Assembly (NCBI GenBank): GCA_963931165.1
Contig: OZ006985.1
Span: forward strand, 1,365,643-1,429,642
Length of the DNA: 64,000 bases
Direction of reading: 5' to 3'
From: an uncultured Christensenellaceae bacterium
GTDB lineage: Bacteria > Bacillota > Clostridia > Christensenellales > UBA3700
Made by a program: the position numbers and the translations under genes
Shown: one piece after another, positions 1 to 11,000 of the stretch
Numbering within the stretch: the first letter of the stretch is position 1
Layout of the letters: each line of letters begins with the position of its first letter
Notes under the pieces: model-generated
Database searches by the model: none
Told to the model about the DNA's origin: nothing
Seen by the model: only the letters and a program-made list of their open reading frames with translations

Positions 1-1244
1 ACAAAGAGGAGATCGCCTATCTCCGCTCGCTCAAGCTGTTTGACGAGGAATTCCTCAAGATGCTTTCCGAATTGAGGTTCACCGGCGACATCTACGCGGT
101 GCCGGAGGGGACGATCGTCTTCCCGCAAGAGCCGATACTCACCGTCAAAGCGAGGCTTTTCGAGGCTCAGCTGATCGAGACGGCGATCCTTTGCATCCTC
201 AATCATCAGACGCTGATCGCGACAAAGACCGCCAAGATCGTCTATGCGGCGAACGGCGCGTCCATCGCGGAATTCGGGCTGCGCCGCGCGCAGGGTCCGG
301 ACGCCGGAGTCTACGGCGCGAGAGCGGCGGTCATTGCGGGCTGCGCGTCCACGTCCAACGTGCTTGCGGGGCAGATGTTCGACGTGCCCGTCTCGGGTAC
401 GCACGCGCACAGCTGGGTGATGAGTTTCGACAGCGAGATCGACGCCTTTCGCGCGTATGCAAAGTTGTATCCGGACAGCTGTCTGCTGCTCGTTGACACA
501 TACGACACGCTCAAAAGCGGCGTTCCGCACGCGATCGAGGTGTTCAAAGAGTTGCGCGCCGCAGGGCACGAGCCGCTCGGCGTAAGGCTGGACAGCGGCG
601 ACCTCGCCTACCTCAGCCGCGAGACGAGACGTATGCTCGACGAGGCGGGCTTCCCCAACGCGAAGGTGTTCGCGTCGGGCGATATCGACGAATATGTGTT
701 GCAGTCGCTCGCGTCGCAGAACGCGCGCATCGACTGTTACGGCATCGGCACAAAGCTGATCACTTCAGCCGACTGTCCGTCTCTGGGCGGCGTCTACAAA
801 CTCGCCGCGATCGAGAAGGACGGGGAGCTTGTGCCCAAACTCAAAATGAGCGACACTCCGGCGAAGATCACCAATCCGGGGTTCAAGAAGATAGTGCGCA
901 TCTTCGACAAGAAGTCGGGCAAGGCGCTCGCCGACCTGATCGCATTGAGGGAGGAGAACTTCGACGGGCTGGACAAGTTGGAGATCTTCGATCAATACTT
1001 CACATGGAAGCGCAAGACGATCACCGACTTCTTTGTAAAAGAGCTGGACGTGCCCGTCGTGCTCGGCGGCAAGACGGTCTACAAGTCGCCGTCGGTCAAG
1101 GAGATCGCCGCCTATCACAAGAGCTGTATGGCGTCGTTCTGGAATGAGTACAAGCGGCTGCTCAATCCGCACATCTACAAGGTCGACCTGTCGCAAAAGC
1201 TGTACGACCTCAAACAGAGTTTGCTGGACGGCAAAAAGAAGTGA
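1..1244 (+). CDS. pncB: nicotinate phosphoribosyltransferase (5' end outside window)
   Basis: ORF 60..1244 stays open in frame to the window edge ([19 protein letters not shown] precedes the first Met, frame starts at nt 3). Motifs [21 protein letters not shown] and GIGTKL are typical of NAPRTase. Confidence 0.85.
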   Translation, partial: KEEIAYLRSLKLFDEEFLKMLSELRFTGDIYAVPEGTIVFPQEPILTVKARLFEAQLIETAILCILNHQTLIATKTAKIVYAANGASIAEFGLRRAQGPDAGVYGARAAVIAGCASTSNVLAGQMFDVPVSGTHAHSWVMSFDSEIDAFRAYAKLYPDSCLLLVDTYDTLKSGVPHAIEVFKELRAAGHEPLGVRLDSGDLAYLSRETRRMLDEAGFPNAKVFASGDIDEYVLQSLASQNARIDCYGIGTKLITSADCPSLGGVYKLAAIEKDGELVPKLKMSDTPAKITNPGFKKIVRIFDKKSGKALADLIALREENFDGLDKLEIFDQYFTWKRKTITDFFVKELDVPVVLGGKTVYKSPSVKEIAAYHKSCMASFWNEYKRLLNPHIYKVDLSQKLYDLKQSLLDGKKK

Positions 1245-1272
1245 AACACGCCCGATCCGGGCAAAAAACCGC

Positions 1273-1306
1273 AAAACGGAGCGCAACCGCATGCGCTCCG
1301 TTTTTT
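1273..1306 (+). terminator. rho-independent terminator after pncB
   Basis: Stem CGGAGCGCA/TGCGCTCCG (1277-1285/1292-1300), 6-nt loop, T6 at 1301-1306. An A-run on the 5' side means it could act in both directions. Confidence 0.7.
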
Positions 1307-1325
1307 GTATCAAAACGCGTCTTTG

Positions 1326-1435
1326 CGGAAGTTTTGTGAAATTATGGGCGAAAACGGTCGGAATTTTGTGAAAATTCGCCCCAAAACAATCGGAATTTTG
1401 TGAAAAACATGCTTGATTTGTGCGGAATTTTGTGA
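1326..1435. repeat. four phased direct repeats CGGAA(G)TTTTGTGA
   Basis: Cores start at 1326, 1359, 1391 and 1423 (spacing 33/32/32 bp). Copies 2 and 3 are identical over 17 nt (TCGGAATTTTGTGAAAA). Confidence 0.7.
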
Positions 1436-1495
1436 CGGACAAACAATTCTCGATGATCGAAGGCTTTGACGAGAGATATCCTCATCGCACAAAGC

Positions 1496-1527
1496 AAAGC
1501 AGCCGGGGTCGAAGCCCCGGCTGTTTG
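1496..1527 (-). terminator. terminator of the minus-strand NYN gene
   Basis: Stem CAGCCGGGG/CCCCGGCTG (1500-1508/1515-1523) directly after the stop at 1528-1530, followed on the minus strand by T-rich GCTTTGCTTT. Confidence 0.6.
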
Positions 1528-2058
1528 TCATTCTTCGTCGGTCGTGTATTCGCGCGAAGATTTGGTTGTCTTTTCGACCTCGTTGCGAATGTCGGAGAAG
1601 TCGATGAAGTGCATGCCGCAGACATACCGTATCTCCTTTGCGACGCAGGCGGCGGTGGAGAAGACTTTGAACTTTTTGCCCCTCGCGCGCAGCATTTGAA
1701 GCGCGCGTTCAAAGTCGCTGTCGCCGCTGACGAGCACTGCCATGTCGTAGGTGTCGATCGTCGAGAACATGTCCATCACGATCTCGATGTCGAGGTTTGC
1801 CTTGGCGGACGAGGTGCCGTCGTCGTTGTAGTAGTGCTTGATGGGCTTGGTGACGATCGCAAAGCCGACCGAAGTCAAAAAGTTGAAAAAGGAGCGTTGA
1901 TTGTCGTTGTCGCCGTCCGAGCCGTTGTAGTAGTAAGCGTCGGTGATGTCGCCCCATTGAGAGCAATAGTCGAGGATCTTTTTGACGTCGACCTTCCATT
2001 CCAATTTCTTTTGAGTGTAATAAAAGTTTGAACCGTCGATGAAAATAGCAATTCGCAT
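1528..2058 (-). CDS. NYN/LabA-like domain protein (putative RNase fold)
   Basis: MRIAIFIDGSNFYYTQKKL... then VLVSGDSDF, typical of NYN/LabA. Start moved to ATG 2058, which has GGAGG 7 nt upstream; the ORF-track start 2088 lies inside the promoter. Confidence 0.75.
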   Translation of the reverse strand: MRIAIFIDGSNFYYTQKKLEWKVDVKKILDYCSQWGDITDAYYYNGSDGDNDNQRSFFNFLTSVGFAIVTKPIKHYYNDDGTSSAKANLDIEIVMDMFSTIDTYDMAVLVSGDSDFERALQMLRARGKKFKVFSTAACVAKEIRYVCGMHFIDFSDIRNEVEKTTKSSREYTTDEE

Positions 2059-2076
2059 AAATATACCTCCGAATAT

Positions 2077-2105
2077 ATTATAGCGCACGAAAGCGGACTA
2101 TGCAA
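2077..2105 (-). promoter_or_regulatory. sigma-A type promoter of the NYN gene
   Basis: Minus strand: -35 TTGCAT (2105-2100), 17 nt, -10 TATAAT (2082-2077). Confidence 0.6.
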
Positions 2106-2317
2106 CGCATTTGGCAAGGATGGCGCGTTTAAGGTTTGTCAAATATAAGATACGCTTTTTTATCGAAAATCGAGATGTCGGTCGTCTGCGGGACGCGGAG
2201 CGGCAGTAAAACGCTGTCCGGGGCGGCAAAGCGGTTTTGACAAATTTGGACCGACGCCGACGCGAAAAGACATTTCAAGTCACGGCGGATGCGGTATATT
2301 GATCGGCGGAGGCGATC

Positions 2318-2803
2318 ATGGCACTGTTTGAGACAAAAAGAAGAGGATATGACAAAAAGCAGGTGGACGACTATGTCTTTGAGACAGGCAGCCGCAACGA
2401 AAAGACGATCTCGCAATTGCGCGAACGCATCGCCGAGACCGAGAGCGAAAACGAGCGGCTGAGGGCAAAGCTAAACGCCTGTCTTGCGCGCGAAGACAGC
2501 GTGTCAAAGGCGTTGATAGGTGCGATCGACAAGGCGAAAGAGATAGAGTACGCATCAAAGGTGCGCTATGCGCTCGAGGGGGAGCGGCTCAAAGAGTTTG
2601 AGCAAAAATGGGTCGCATATTGCAACAACAAGGTCAACGGCGTCGCACCGTCCATCCGCGACGAGACAAAGGCGTTCGTCGCGGCGATGAAGAGGTCGCT
2701 CGACGAAGTGATGACCGCGTCGCTCAACCTCGGGACGTATGTCAACGAGGCGGTGATAGATCACGAAAACGAGGAAGAGAGATTGAGAAAACAAGGGGCA
2801 TAA
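2318..2803 (+). CDS. DivIVA-domain protein
   Basis: N-terminus MALFETKRRGYDKKQVDDYV matches the DivIVA-domain signature, followed by a coiled-coil-like ERIAETESENERLRAKL. GGAGG lies before the ATG. Confidence 0.65.
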   Translation: MALFETKRRGYDKKQVDDYVFETGSRNEKTISQLRERIAETESENERLRAKLNACLAREDSVSKALIGAIDKAKEIEYASKVRYALEGERLKEFEQKWVAYCNNKVNGVAPSIRDETKAFVAAMKRSLDEVMTASLNLGTYVNEAVIDHENEEERLRKQGA

Positions 2804-3080
2804 ATCGAGGAAAATTTTTTGAGCCGTGCGGCAAGTCGAAAAAATTTCAAGACAAAAAACAGCAAAATTTTGCAAGAAAAATGAATGCGAACGAACTGAA
2901 TTTTTCTCAAAAACAGAAATTTTGTCAAAAATTGCCGATTTTTGTCTTTACGAGGATTTTGAGTGCTATGCGCCGTTCAAAGGTTGCATTTTGCGGTGAA
3001 AATCTGTTATAATAATATACGGATGTGAATATTTGTCGAAAATACGCACAAATTTGACAAATACTAAGTCGAGGTGAAGT

Positions 3081-3683
3081 ATGAAAAAAGAAGAATTTGA
3101 AAAGATCGCCGAAAGATGCGCTCAACTTGAAGCGAACAGAGATAAGAGTTTTGAAGATGCGGCGGAGCTGTATGTGCTGGAAAGATTTTTGGGCGAAGAG
3201 AGCGCAGTCGATTCTCCGTTCGACGCCGAAAGATATTTTTCGAATGCGGTAGAGTGCGCCGCAGCGCTCGCGAAGATCGACGAGTCGCATGTTTTGACGC
3301 ATGCAAAGGCGATGGCCAAACTTGCGGCGTTCTATGCCGGCCACGCAGATCTTTTTTATGACAAGGCGATCGAAAGCTATCATTCGGCGCTTGCCATCGC
3401 GCAGAACATAGCGGACGAAGACAGCCGCACGATGATGATCGCAGAGATAGAGTTCGGTATGGGCAGGATGTACAGTGACAGAGGAGGCGTGCCGGTTACG
3501 GAATATTTTCAAAGGGCTTTCGACGCGTGCGATTCTCTTGCTAAAAAGGGCGTAAAGCTGGAAGACGACGCCCTGAAGGTGGTCATGCTCTGTTCCACGC
3601 TTCTCCAAACGGTCTATGAGGAAGCGGGCGACCATGCGGCGGCTCGCGATATAAGGATGAGAAGCAGAAAGTTCTTGTTATGA
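3081..3683 (+). CDS. hypothetical protein (helical, TPR-like composition)
   Basis: 200-aa ORF with GAGGTG RBS. Helical repeat-like segments (AAFYAGHADLFYDKAIESYHSALAIAQ); no family recognised. Confidence 0.5.
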   Translation: MKKEEFEKIAERCAQLEANRDKSFEDAAELYVLERFLGEESAVDSPFDAERYFSNAVECAAALAKIDESHVLTHAKAMAKLAAFYAGHADLFYDKAIESYHSALAIAQNIADEDSRTMMIAEIEFGMGRMYSDRGGVPVTEYFQRAFDACDSLAKKGVKLEDDALKVVMLCSTLLQTVYEEAGDHAAARDIRMRSRKFLL

Positions 3684-3807
3684 CGCGCCGGGGCTGCCGC
3701 CGCGGCGAATTCGAGGCGCACCGACGGTGCGCTCATGCGCGGAGTTTGCCCGACTCGTCGCCTGCCGCCGCGCAGATCGGATCGGGACCGACGCCGCAGG
3801 AGAGATC

Positions 3808-4209
3808 ATGAAAAAAGACAAATTGCAAGAGCAGATCGAAGAGATGACGGTCGACAGCGAGAGGGAAGAGCTCGTTGCGGTCGATCTTCTCGACGTGCTT
3901 CTCGACCCGGATAACAGAGAACCGTTGGCTTTCGTCGACGAGGACGGAAAACTGCTCACATTCGAACAAGTCGCGGTCATACCTCACGACGACAAGAACG
4001 GCGAGAGGCAGCTTTTCACTGTGCTCAAACCGCTCGACAAGATCGAAGGCGTCGCGGACGACGAGGCGATCGTGTTCCGCGTGAGCGTCGGCGACGACGG
4101 CAACACCTCGATCAAGCCGGAAGAAGACGACGAGACAGCGCTCGCGGTATATGACGAATATATAAAACTTCTGAAAGCTCACGGCGTCAAGACCCCGGAC
4201 GAAGATTGA
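3808..4209 (+). CDS. DUF1292 family protein
   Basis: Start moved to ATG 3808 (AGGAGA RBS). LLTFEQVAVIPHDDKNGERQLFTVLKPLD...DEAIVFRV and an acidic C-terminus are typical of DUF1292/YrzB-like proteins. Confidence 0.7.
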   Translation: MKKDKLQEQIEEMTVDSEREELVAVDLLDVLLDPDNREPLAFVDEDGKLLTFEQVAVIPHDDKNGERQLFTVLKPLDKIEGVADDEAIVFRVSVGDDGNTSIKPEEDDETALAVYDEYIKLLKAHGVKTPDED

Positions 4210-4277
4210 ACAGGGGTGACGCCCCGGCTGCGCGCTGAAAGAATGCGTGAAAGCGATCGCCAAAAAGGAGGGAGGTC

Positions 4278-4766
4278 ATGAAAGGCAAGGACATCGGAAA
4301 TGCGGTCGACACCTATGTCGATCTTATGGACATGGTGAAAGACGAAAATGTTTACGGCATAGTCGATGACGACGGCTGCCGGGATTGCATACTCAGGCTG
4401 CCCGACTACATAGGCGGGGACAAGGAGGAGCAAGAGGTCTCGCTCGACGTGCTGTTCGATCGGGGCGACAAAATGACGATCGAATGGACGGACGAAAACG
4501 GCAAGGCAAGGTCGTTTGCGCAGCTAGCGACCATAGTCCTCGAAAGGGACGGGAGAGCAAAATTCTGCGTCGTGGCGGCTCCGCTCGGCAAGACCGACGG
4601 CGCGGGCAAAGATGACTTGACCGTGTTTTCGATCGCCAAGAACGAACAGGGAAGATTCACCCTCAAAAGGGAAGAAGACGAAGAGGCGTCAAGAGCGGTT
4701 TTGGACAAATACCGCCAAATGACGGAAGAGGCGAACAAAAAATCCTCATTAAAAAGTCAAAGATAA
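4278..4766 (+). CDS. DUF1292 family protein (paralogue)
   Basis: GGAGGGAGG RBS. FAQLATIVLERDGRAKFCVVAAPLG...DDLTVFSI follows the same pattern as the upstream gene. Confidence 0.65.
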   Translation: MKGKDIGNAVDTYVDLMDMVKDENVYGIVDDDGCRDCILRLPDYIGGDKEEQEVSLDVLFDRGDKMTIEWTDENGKARSFAQLATIVLERDGRAKFCVVAAPLGKTDGAGKDDLTVFSIAKNEQGRFTLKREEDEEASRAVLDKYRQMTEEANKKSSLKSQR

Positions 4767-4838
4767 AACTCTGTTTAAGCGGATAAAACGACGACAATCG
4801 TCGCGCGAAACCGCGCTTCTCGCGCGACTTGATAAGCA

Positions 4839-4938
4839 GTCCCCGAATGACCGCGTTCTTCGGGGACTGCCCCTTACGGGACCGTGAGCGGTGAGCGAGC
4901 GCTTGTCCCGTGGGAAGGGGAGTATTGAGGGGAAAACC
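4839..4938 (+). ncRNA. candidate structured RNA element, copy A
   Basis: Hairpin GTCCCCGAA/TTCGGGGAC with loop TGACCGCGTTC; second stem ACGGGAC/GTCCCGT; G-rich tail GGGAAGGGGAGTATTGAGGGG. Paralogous to 5118-5217. Strand inferred from G.U pairs. Confidence 0.4.
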
Positions 4939-5117
4939 GAAAACAGCAAGTATGAGGAACGGACGTAATTGCTTTTGCAATCACGTCCGTTGCGATTCGT
5001 AGCGTTGTTTTCGGGTTGCCGAGAATCCGCATTCAAAAGAAAAGAACAAAACTTGCATAACGCGAATAAATTTACGACTCCATCTCGCCCAACCGCGTTT
5101 GGGCGAGATACGGTAAC

Positions 5118-5217
5118 GCCCTCGTCGAATGACCGCGCTCTTCGACGAGGGCACTTTGCGCGGTCGCGAATGGTGAATGAGCGCGCCGCGTGGGAGGGGG
5201 AGTATTGAGGGGGAACC
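5118..5217 (+). ncRNA. candidate structured RNA element, copy B
   Basis: Hairpin GCCCTCGTCGAA/TTCGACGAGGGC with loop TGACCGCGCTC; second stem GCGCGG/CCGCGT; tail GGGAGGGGGAGTATTGAGGGGG. Stems differ from copy A but stay complementary. Confidence 0.4.
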
Positions 5218-5233
5218 ATTTCGCCGCTTATAT

Positions 5234-5273
5234 GAAAATACCGCCTGCAAGCGATTTGCTTGCAAGCGGTATT
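5234..5273 (-). terminator. groEL terminator (inner hairpin of a longer 5205-5307 stem-loop)
   Basis: Minus strand AATACCGCTTGCAAGC-AAATC-GCTTGCAGGCGGTATT followed by TTCAT. Flanked by outer arms TTGAGGGGG..CTTAT / ATAAG..CCCCCTCAA. Confidence 0.6.
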
Positions 5274-5324
5274 GATTTGAGCGATAAGCGAAATGGTGCC
5301 CCCTCAAAGAGCGGAGCGGAGCGC

Positions 5325-6959
<1,635 letters not shown>

Positions 6960-7247
6960 TTATTGCTCGACGATCGCGAGCACGTCGCTCTGTTTGAGCA
7001 CGGTAACTTCTTTTTCGTCCAACTTGAAGTCGGAACCGGCATATTTGTTGTAGAGTATGACATCGCCGACCTTGACCTGCATGGTCACTTCTTTGCCGTC
7101 CACGAGACCGCCGGGACCGACCGCGATGACGCGGGCGAGCTGGGGTTTTTCCTGCGCGGACGAGGGCAGGAAGAGACCGCTTTCGGTCTTTTCGGGAGCG
7201 TCCATCGGCTCGATGACGATCCTGTCGAACAACGGTTTGATGTTCAT
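6960..7247 (-). CDS. groES: co-chaperonin GroES
   Basis: [14 protein letters not shown]...; start set to ATG 7247 (GGAGG RBS). The ORF-track start 7310 would overlap the CIRCE operator. Confidence 0.95.
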   Translation of the reverse strand: MNIKPLFDRIVIEPMDAPEKTESGLFLPSSAQEKPQLARVIAVGPGGLVDGKEVTMQVKVGDVILYNKYAGSDFKLDEKEVTVLKQSDVLAIVEQ

Positions 7248-7280
7248 GATTATACCTCCGAATGATTTCGATGATTTGGT

Positions 7281-7307
7281 TTGGCAGTCAAGCCTCTCGA
7301 CTGCCAA
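7281..7307 (-). promoter_or_regulatory. CIRCE-like HrcA operator
   Basis: TTGGCAGTC-N9-GACTGCCAA is a perfect inverted repeat with the 9-nt spacer of the CIRCE consensus TTAGCACTC-N9-GAGTGCTAA. It lies between the promoter and groES. Confidence 0.75.
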
Positions 7308-7315
7308 CATTGCAT

Positions 7316-7344
7316 ATTATAACACGCCAAAGCGGGTATGTAAA
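7316..7344 (-). promoter_or_regulatory. groESL sigma-A type promoter
   Basis: Minus strand: -35 TTTACA (7344-7339), 17 nt, -10 TATAAT (7321-7316). Confidence 0.65.
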
Positions 7345-7543
7345 GACTTATATGCAACTTTTTTGCGACATTTTACCAAATTTTTTCATTTGGCGCCCCA
7401 ACTGTTAAACTACGGTGAAAAGCGCGCCGCGCGCGGCTTGCGGGCGCCGCCGAAAAAAGTGTTTTGTCGCGGCTTTTCGGTGCGTTTTGAAGTTGCTTTG
7501 CGCGCGCGTTTATGGTATCATATATACAATAGGAGTTTACCGT

Positions 7544-8002
7544 ATGAACAAATGGGATCAACGTTTTATGGATATGGCAGAGCAGGTCGCGACTTGGTCG
7601 AGCTGCTTCAAACCCGACAGGCACGTCGGCGCGGTCATCGTCAAGGACAAGCGCATCTTGACGACCGGCTACAACGGCGCGAGTAGCGGCATCAAGAGCT
7701 GCACCGAAAAGGGGGAGTGCATACGCATCAAGCTGGGCATCCCCTCGGGGACGAGGCATGAGCTGTGCTACGCCGTGCACGCCGAGCAGAACGCGATCAT
7801 TCAGGCTGCGAAGCTGGGCGTGAGCGTGGACGGCGCGACGCTGTACTGCACGCATCAGCCGTGCGTGATCTGCGCGAAGATGATCATCAACGCGGGCATC
7901 AAGCGCGTCATCTACAAGTACGGCTATCCCGATGAGTTCAGCATGCTGCTTTTCAAAGAGGCGGGGGTCGAGGTGTGCGATTTCGCGTCCCTTCAAGATT
8001 GA
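7544..8002 (+). CDS. comEB: dCMP deaminase (ComEB type, zinc-dependent)
   Basis: Start at ATG 7544 (AGGAG RBS). Motifs HAEQNAI and [13 protein letters not shown] (H-A-E / PC-x2-C). Confidence 0.85.
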   Translation: MNKWDQRFMDMAEQVATWSSCFKPDRHVGAVIVKDKRILTTGYNGASSGIKSCTEKGECIRIKLGIPSGTRHELCYAVHAEQNAIIQAAKLGVSVDGATLYCTHQPCVICAKMIINAGIKRVIYKYGYPDEFSMLLFKEAGVEVCDFASLQD

Positions 8003-8022
8003 GATAAGGTGAGGAGAAAATT

Positions 8023-11000
8023 ATGTCCGAAGAAAAGAACGTGATCTTTGTCAAAGAGGGTGCGCTCGAGCTGACATTGGAGTGCGCCGACACGATCGGC
8101 TACTACGCGCTTCAAAACGGCATCAGGCTCATCAAGCGTTTCTATCTCAAAAACACTTCCGAAAACGACATCGAGGACATCCGCATCAAGGTGACCTCAA
8201 AGCCCGACTTCATCGTGCCGTACGAGTTCGTGCAGCAGGTGATACCGCGCCGCACGACCGCGAGGTTCAACCTCGACGTCAATTGTTCGCCGACCTGCCT
8301 CGTCTCGATGGACGAGCGCACCGAGGGCGACCTTGACGTCGAGATCTTTGTCGGCGAGCAGTCGGTGATGACCGCAAGCGTCAAGACGGACATCCTCGCC
8401 TTTGACGAGTGCGACTTTGCCGCTTCGCCCGAATCGCTCGCCGCGTTCGTCAAGCGCACCGCCGAGGTCAACAAGACGGTCGCCGACGCCGAACAGCGCG
8501 CCCGCGATTGGAAGCTGACGATCTCCAAGGGCTACGGTTCGCGCAACGGTGTGCGCAACTATTTCGCCGCATGTTACAGCGTGATCGCCGAGGAGAAGTT
8601 CGTGCTTGAAGATACCCCCGGCGACGACTTCAAGGTGGTCTCGCACAAGGAGCTGTTCGAGTCGGGCATCGCGACGGGCCCCGAGCTTGCGCTGTTCATG
8701 GCTTCACTCGCCGAGAGCGAGGGACACAACGCGGTCGTCGGCAAGTTCGGCGGCAAGTGGTACGCAGGCGTATTCCTCACCGACGAGTGTTGTCCGTCCA
8801 CGGTATGGGACGACGCCGATTTTCTTGCGAAAAAGACATCTTCGGGGGTCAACGACTTCACGCTCATCTGCATGGACGACATCTCCGAAGGTTCGTCGTT
8901 CGAGAAGGCGGAACGCAACGCCAAAAACGCATTGAAGCGCGCCGACGACGGCGTGTTCATCGACGTCAAGCGCGCGCGTATCATCAACATCAAGCCGCTC
9001 CCCGAGCGCAAGCGCAGACAGGGCGGCGGATACGACCTCGAAGAGAGCCGCGATTTTGCGCCCGAATTGCGTCCGTCGCAGATACGCGAGTTCAAGGGCG
9101 CGGTCGAAGGGGACAAGGAGACGGGCAAGATCGCGCAATGGGAGCGCAAGCTGCTCGACATGGACATGCGCAACGCGCTGCTCAACTTCAAGATCTCGCG
9201 CGCGGCGGTCAAATTGCTGACGCCGTCGCTGCAAAATCTGTTTTCCGCGCTCGACCGCAACAAGACTTTCACCGTCGAGGCGGGAGCGAAAGAGGCGGAA
9301 AAGGCGGGCATAGAGCTTGCCAAGGACTTCGCCCACATCGGCTACACCAAGCCTTTCACCGACTTTGTCGGGTATGAATATTCCAACAAGCGCATGCTGT
9401 CCGTCTACGACTCCAAGGAGCACGAGGGGACGCTGTTCCGTCTCTTCCGCAAGGAGAGCAGCGTGCAGGAGGAGACGGGCACTACGTCGCTCTATCTCGC
9501 CGCCGGCTTCTTGCGCTGGAAGGAGGAGGGCGCGACCGAGTTCAAGTATGCGCCCCTCTTCCTCTTCCCGGTGAGCATGACGCGCAAGGGGCTTGCCGCG
9601 CCGACCTATACGGCGGAGGTCAACACCGACGACGTCAGGCTCAACTCCACGCTTTTGGAGTTTTTGTACCGCCAATTCAACCTCGACATCAGGGGGTTGG
9701 GGACGGTCGCTTTGAGCGGCGAGCAGAGTTATATGTCCGTGATCGCGCGCATCAAGCGCGAGACGGTGGACATGAAGGGCTGGGAGGTGTTCGGCGACGC
9801 GTTTTTGGCGAGTCTGTCGTTCGCCAACTATCAGCTTTGGTACGACATCAAATACCGCACCGAGAAATTCCGCGAACATCCGATCGTACGCTCGCTGCTC
9901 GACAACAGGCTCGAACTGCCCGAGGGCGCGTTCGACCTGTCCGACCGCAGCAGCGACGAGGCATATGTCGGGACGGAGAGGATGTATCTGCCGATATCGG
10001 CGGACTCGTCGCAATATTCGGCGATCTATGACAGTTTGAGCAAGAGCTTTGTGCTGCACGGACCTCCGGGCACCGGCAAATCGCAGACGATCACCAACAT
10101 CATCGCCAACAACATCGTCCGCGGTCGCCGCGTGCTGTTCGTCGCCGAAAAGAAGGCGGCGCTGTCCGTCGTTCACCGCAGGCTCAAATCGATAGGGCTT
10201 GCCGATTTCTGCCTCGAATTGCACTCGGGCAAGACAAACAAGACCGCGGTGCTCGGGCAGATCGTCAACACGCTCGGTCTCAAGTCGGGGACGACCGATG
10301 TCGACATCAACGAAAAACTCGACGAGATCAAGGAGAGCGTCGACGCGCTGTCGGGCGAACTCGAAGCGATGCACCGCAAGCGCTATCTCGGCATCTCGCT
10401 CTATGAGGGCATCCTCGAATATTTCGAGAATCAGGACGCGCCCGACTGTTTGAGGATAGACTCGCTGTTCTATGAAAAATTGACGGCGGAGTCCTTCCGC
10501 GGCTATTTGCAGATCCTCGGCGAACTGTCCGTGCGCGCCAAGGAGTGCGGCGACATCCAAAAGACGCCGTTCAAGCGCATCGGCGGCTTCGAATACGACG
10601 ACAAGTGGCGTGCGAGCGGCGAGCCGATACTCGAGATCGCGCTCGACCAATTGCGCAATCTGCGGGCGTGTGCGCGCAATCTTTTGCCCTATTACAGCGT
10701 GCGCACGGTGTCGCTGACCGATCAAAAGCTCAAGGCGCTGTACAAGCTGTCCAAGGGGCTGGAAAAGGAGTATGCGGCGCACTATTTCGCGCTCAAAGAC
10801 GGGGGTAAAAAGGACCTCGTCGACAACTATCTCAACCTCAGCAACAAGGCGGCGATGATGATGACCGACTACCGCTCGCGGTACGGCGCGTATCCGGCGG
10901 AAGTGCCGCAGGACGACCTCGCCGAGGCGGCTGAGGGCAAGAGCCCGTCGCGCAAATTGCGCAAGATCATGCCCGACGGCGTCGCAAAGGAGCAGAGGCA

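Noticed and set aside
1326-1435. Could the four direct repeats be a mini CRISPR array?
   Set aside because: The repeat unit is only 13-17 nt and the spacers ~17-19 nt, well below CRISPR dimensions. There are no cas genes and no leader in the window.
2851-2868. The 12-nt match TTTCAAGACAAA is shared between the 2804-3080 spacer and the sigK/rnpB spacer (near 56078-56095). AATTTTG-type words recur in AT-rich spacers.
   Set aside because: Many identical 12-mers are expected by chance in 64 kb on two strands, especially in AT-rich low-complexity DNA. There is no phasing or extended similarity.
7544-8002. dCMP deaminase as a stand-alone anti-phage dCTP-depleting enzyme.
   Set aside because: It is a 152-aa protein with only the ComEB/dCMP deaminase core and no extra kinase-like or sensor domain. 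A housekeeping pyrimidine-salvage role is the simpler reading. It is retained only as context for the helicase finding.
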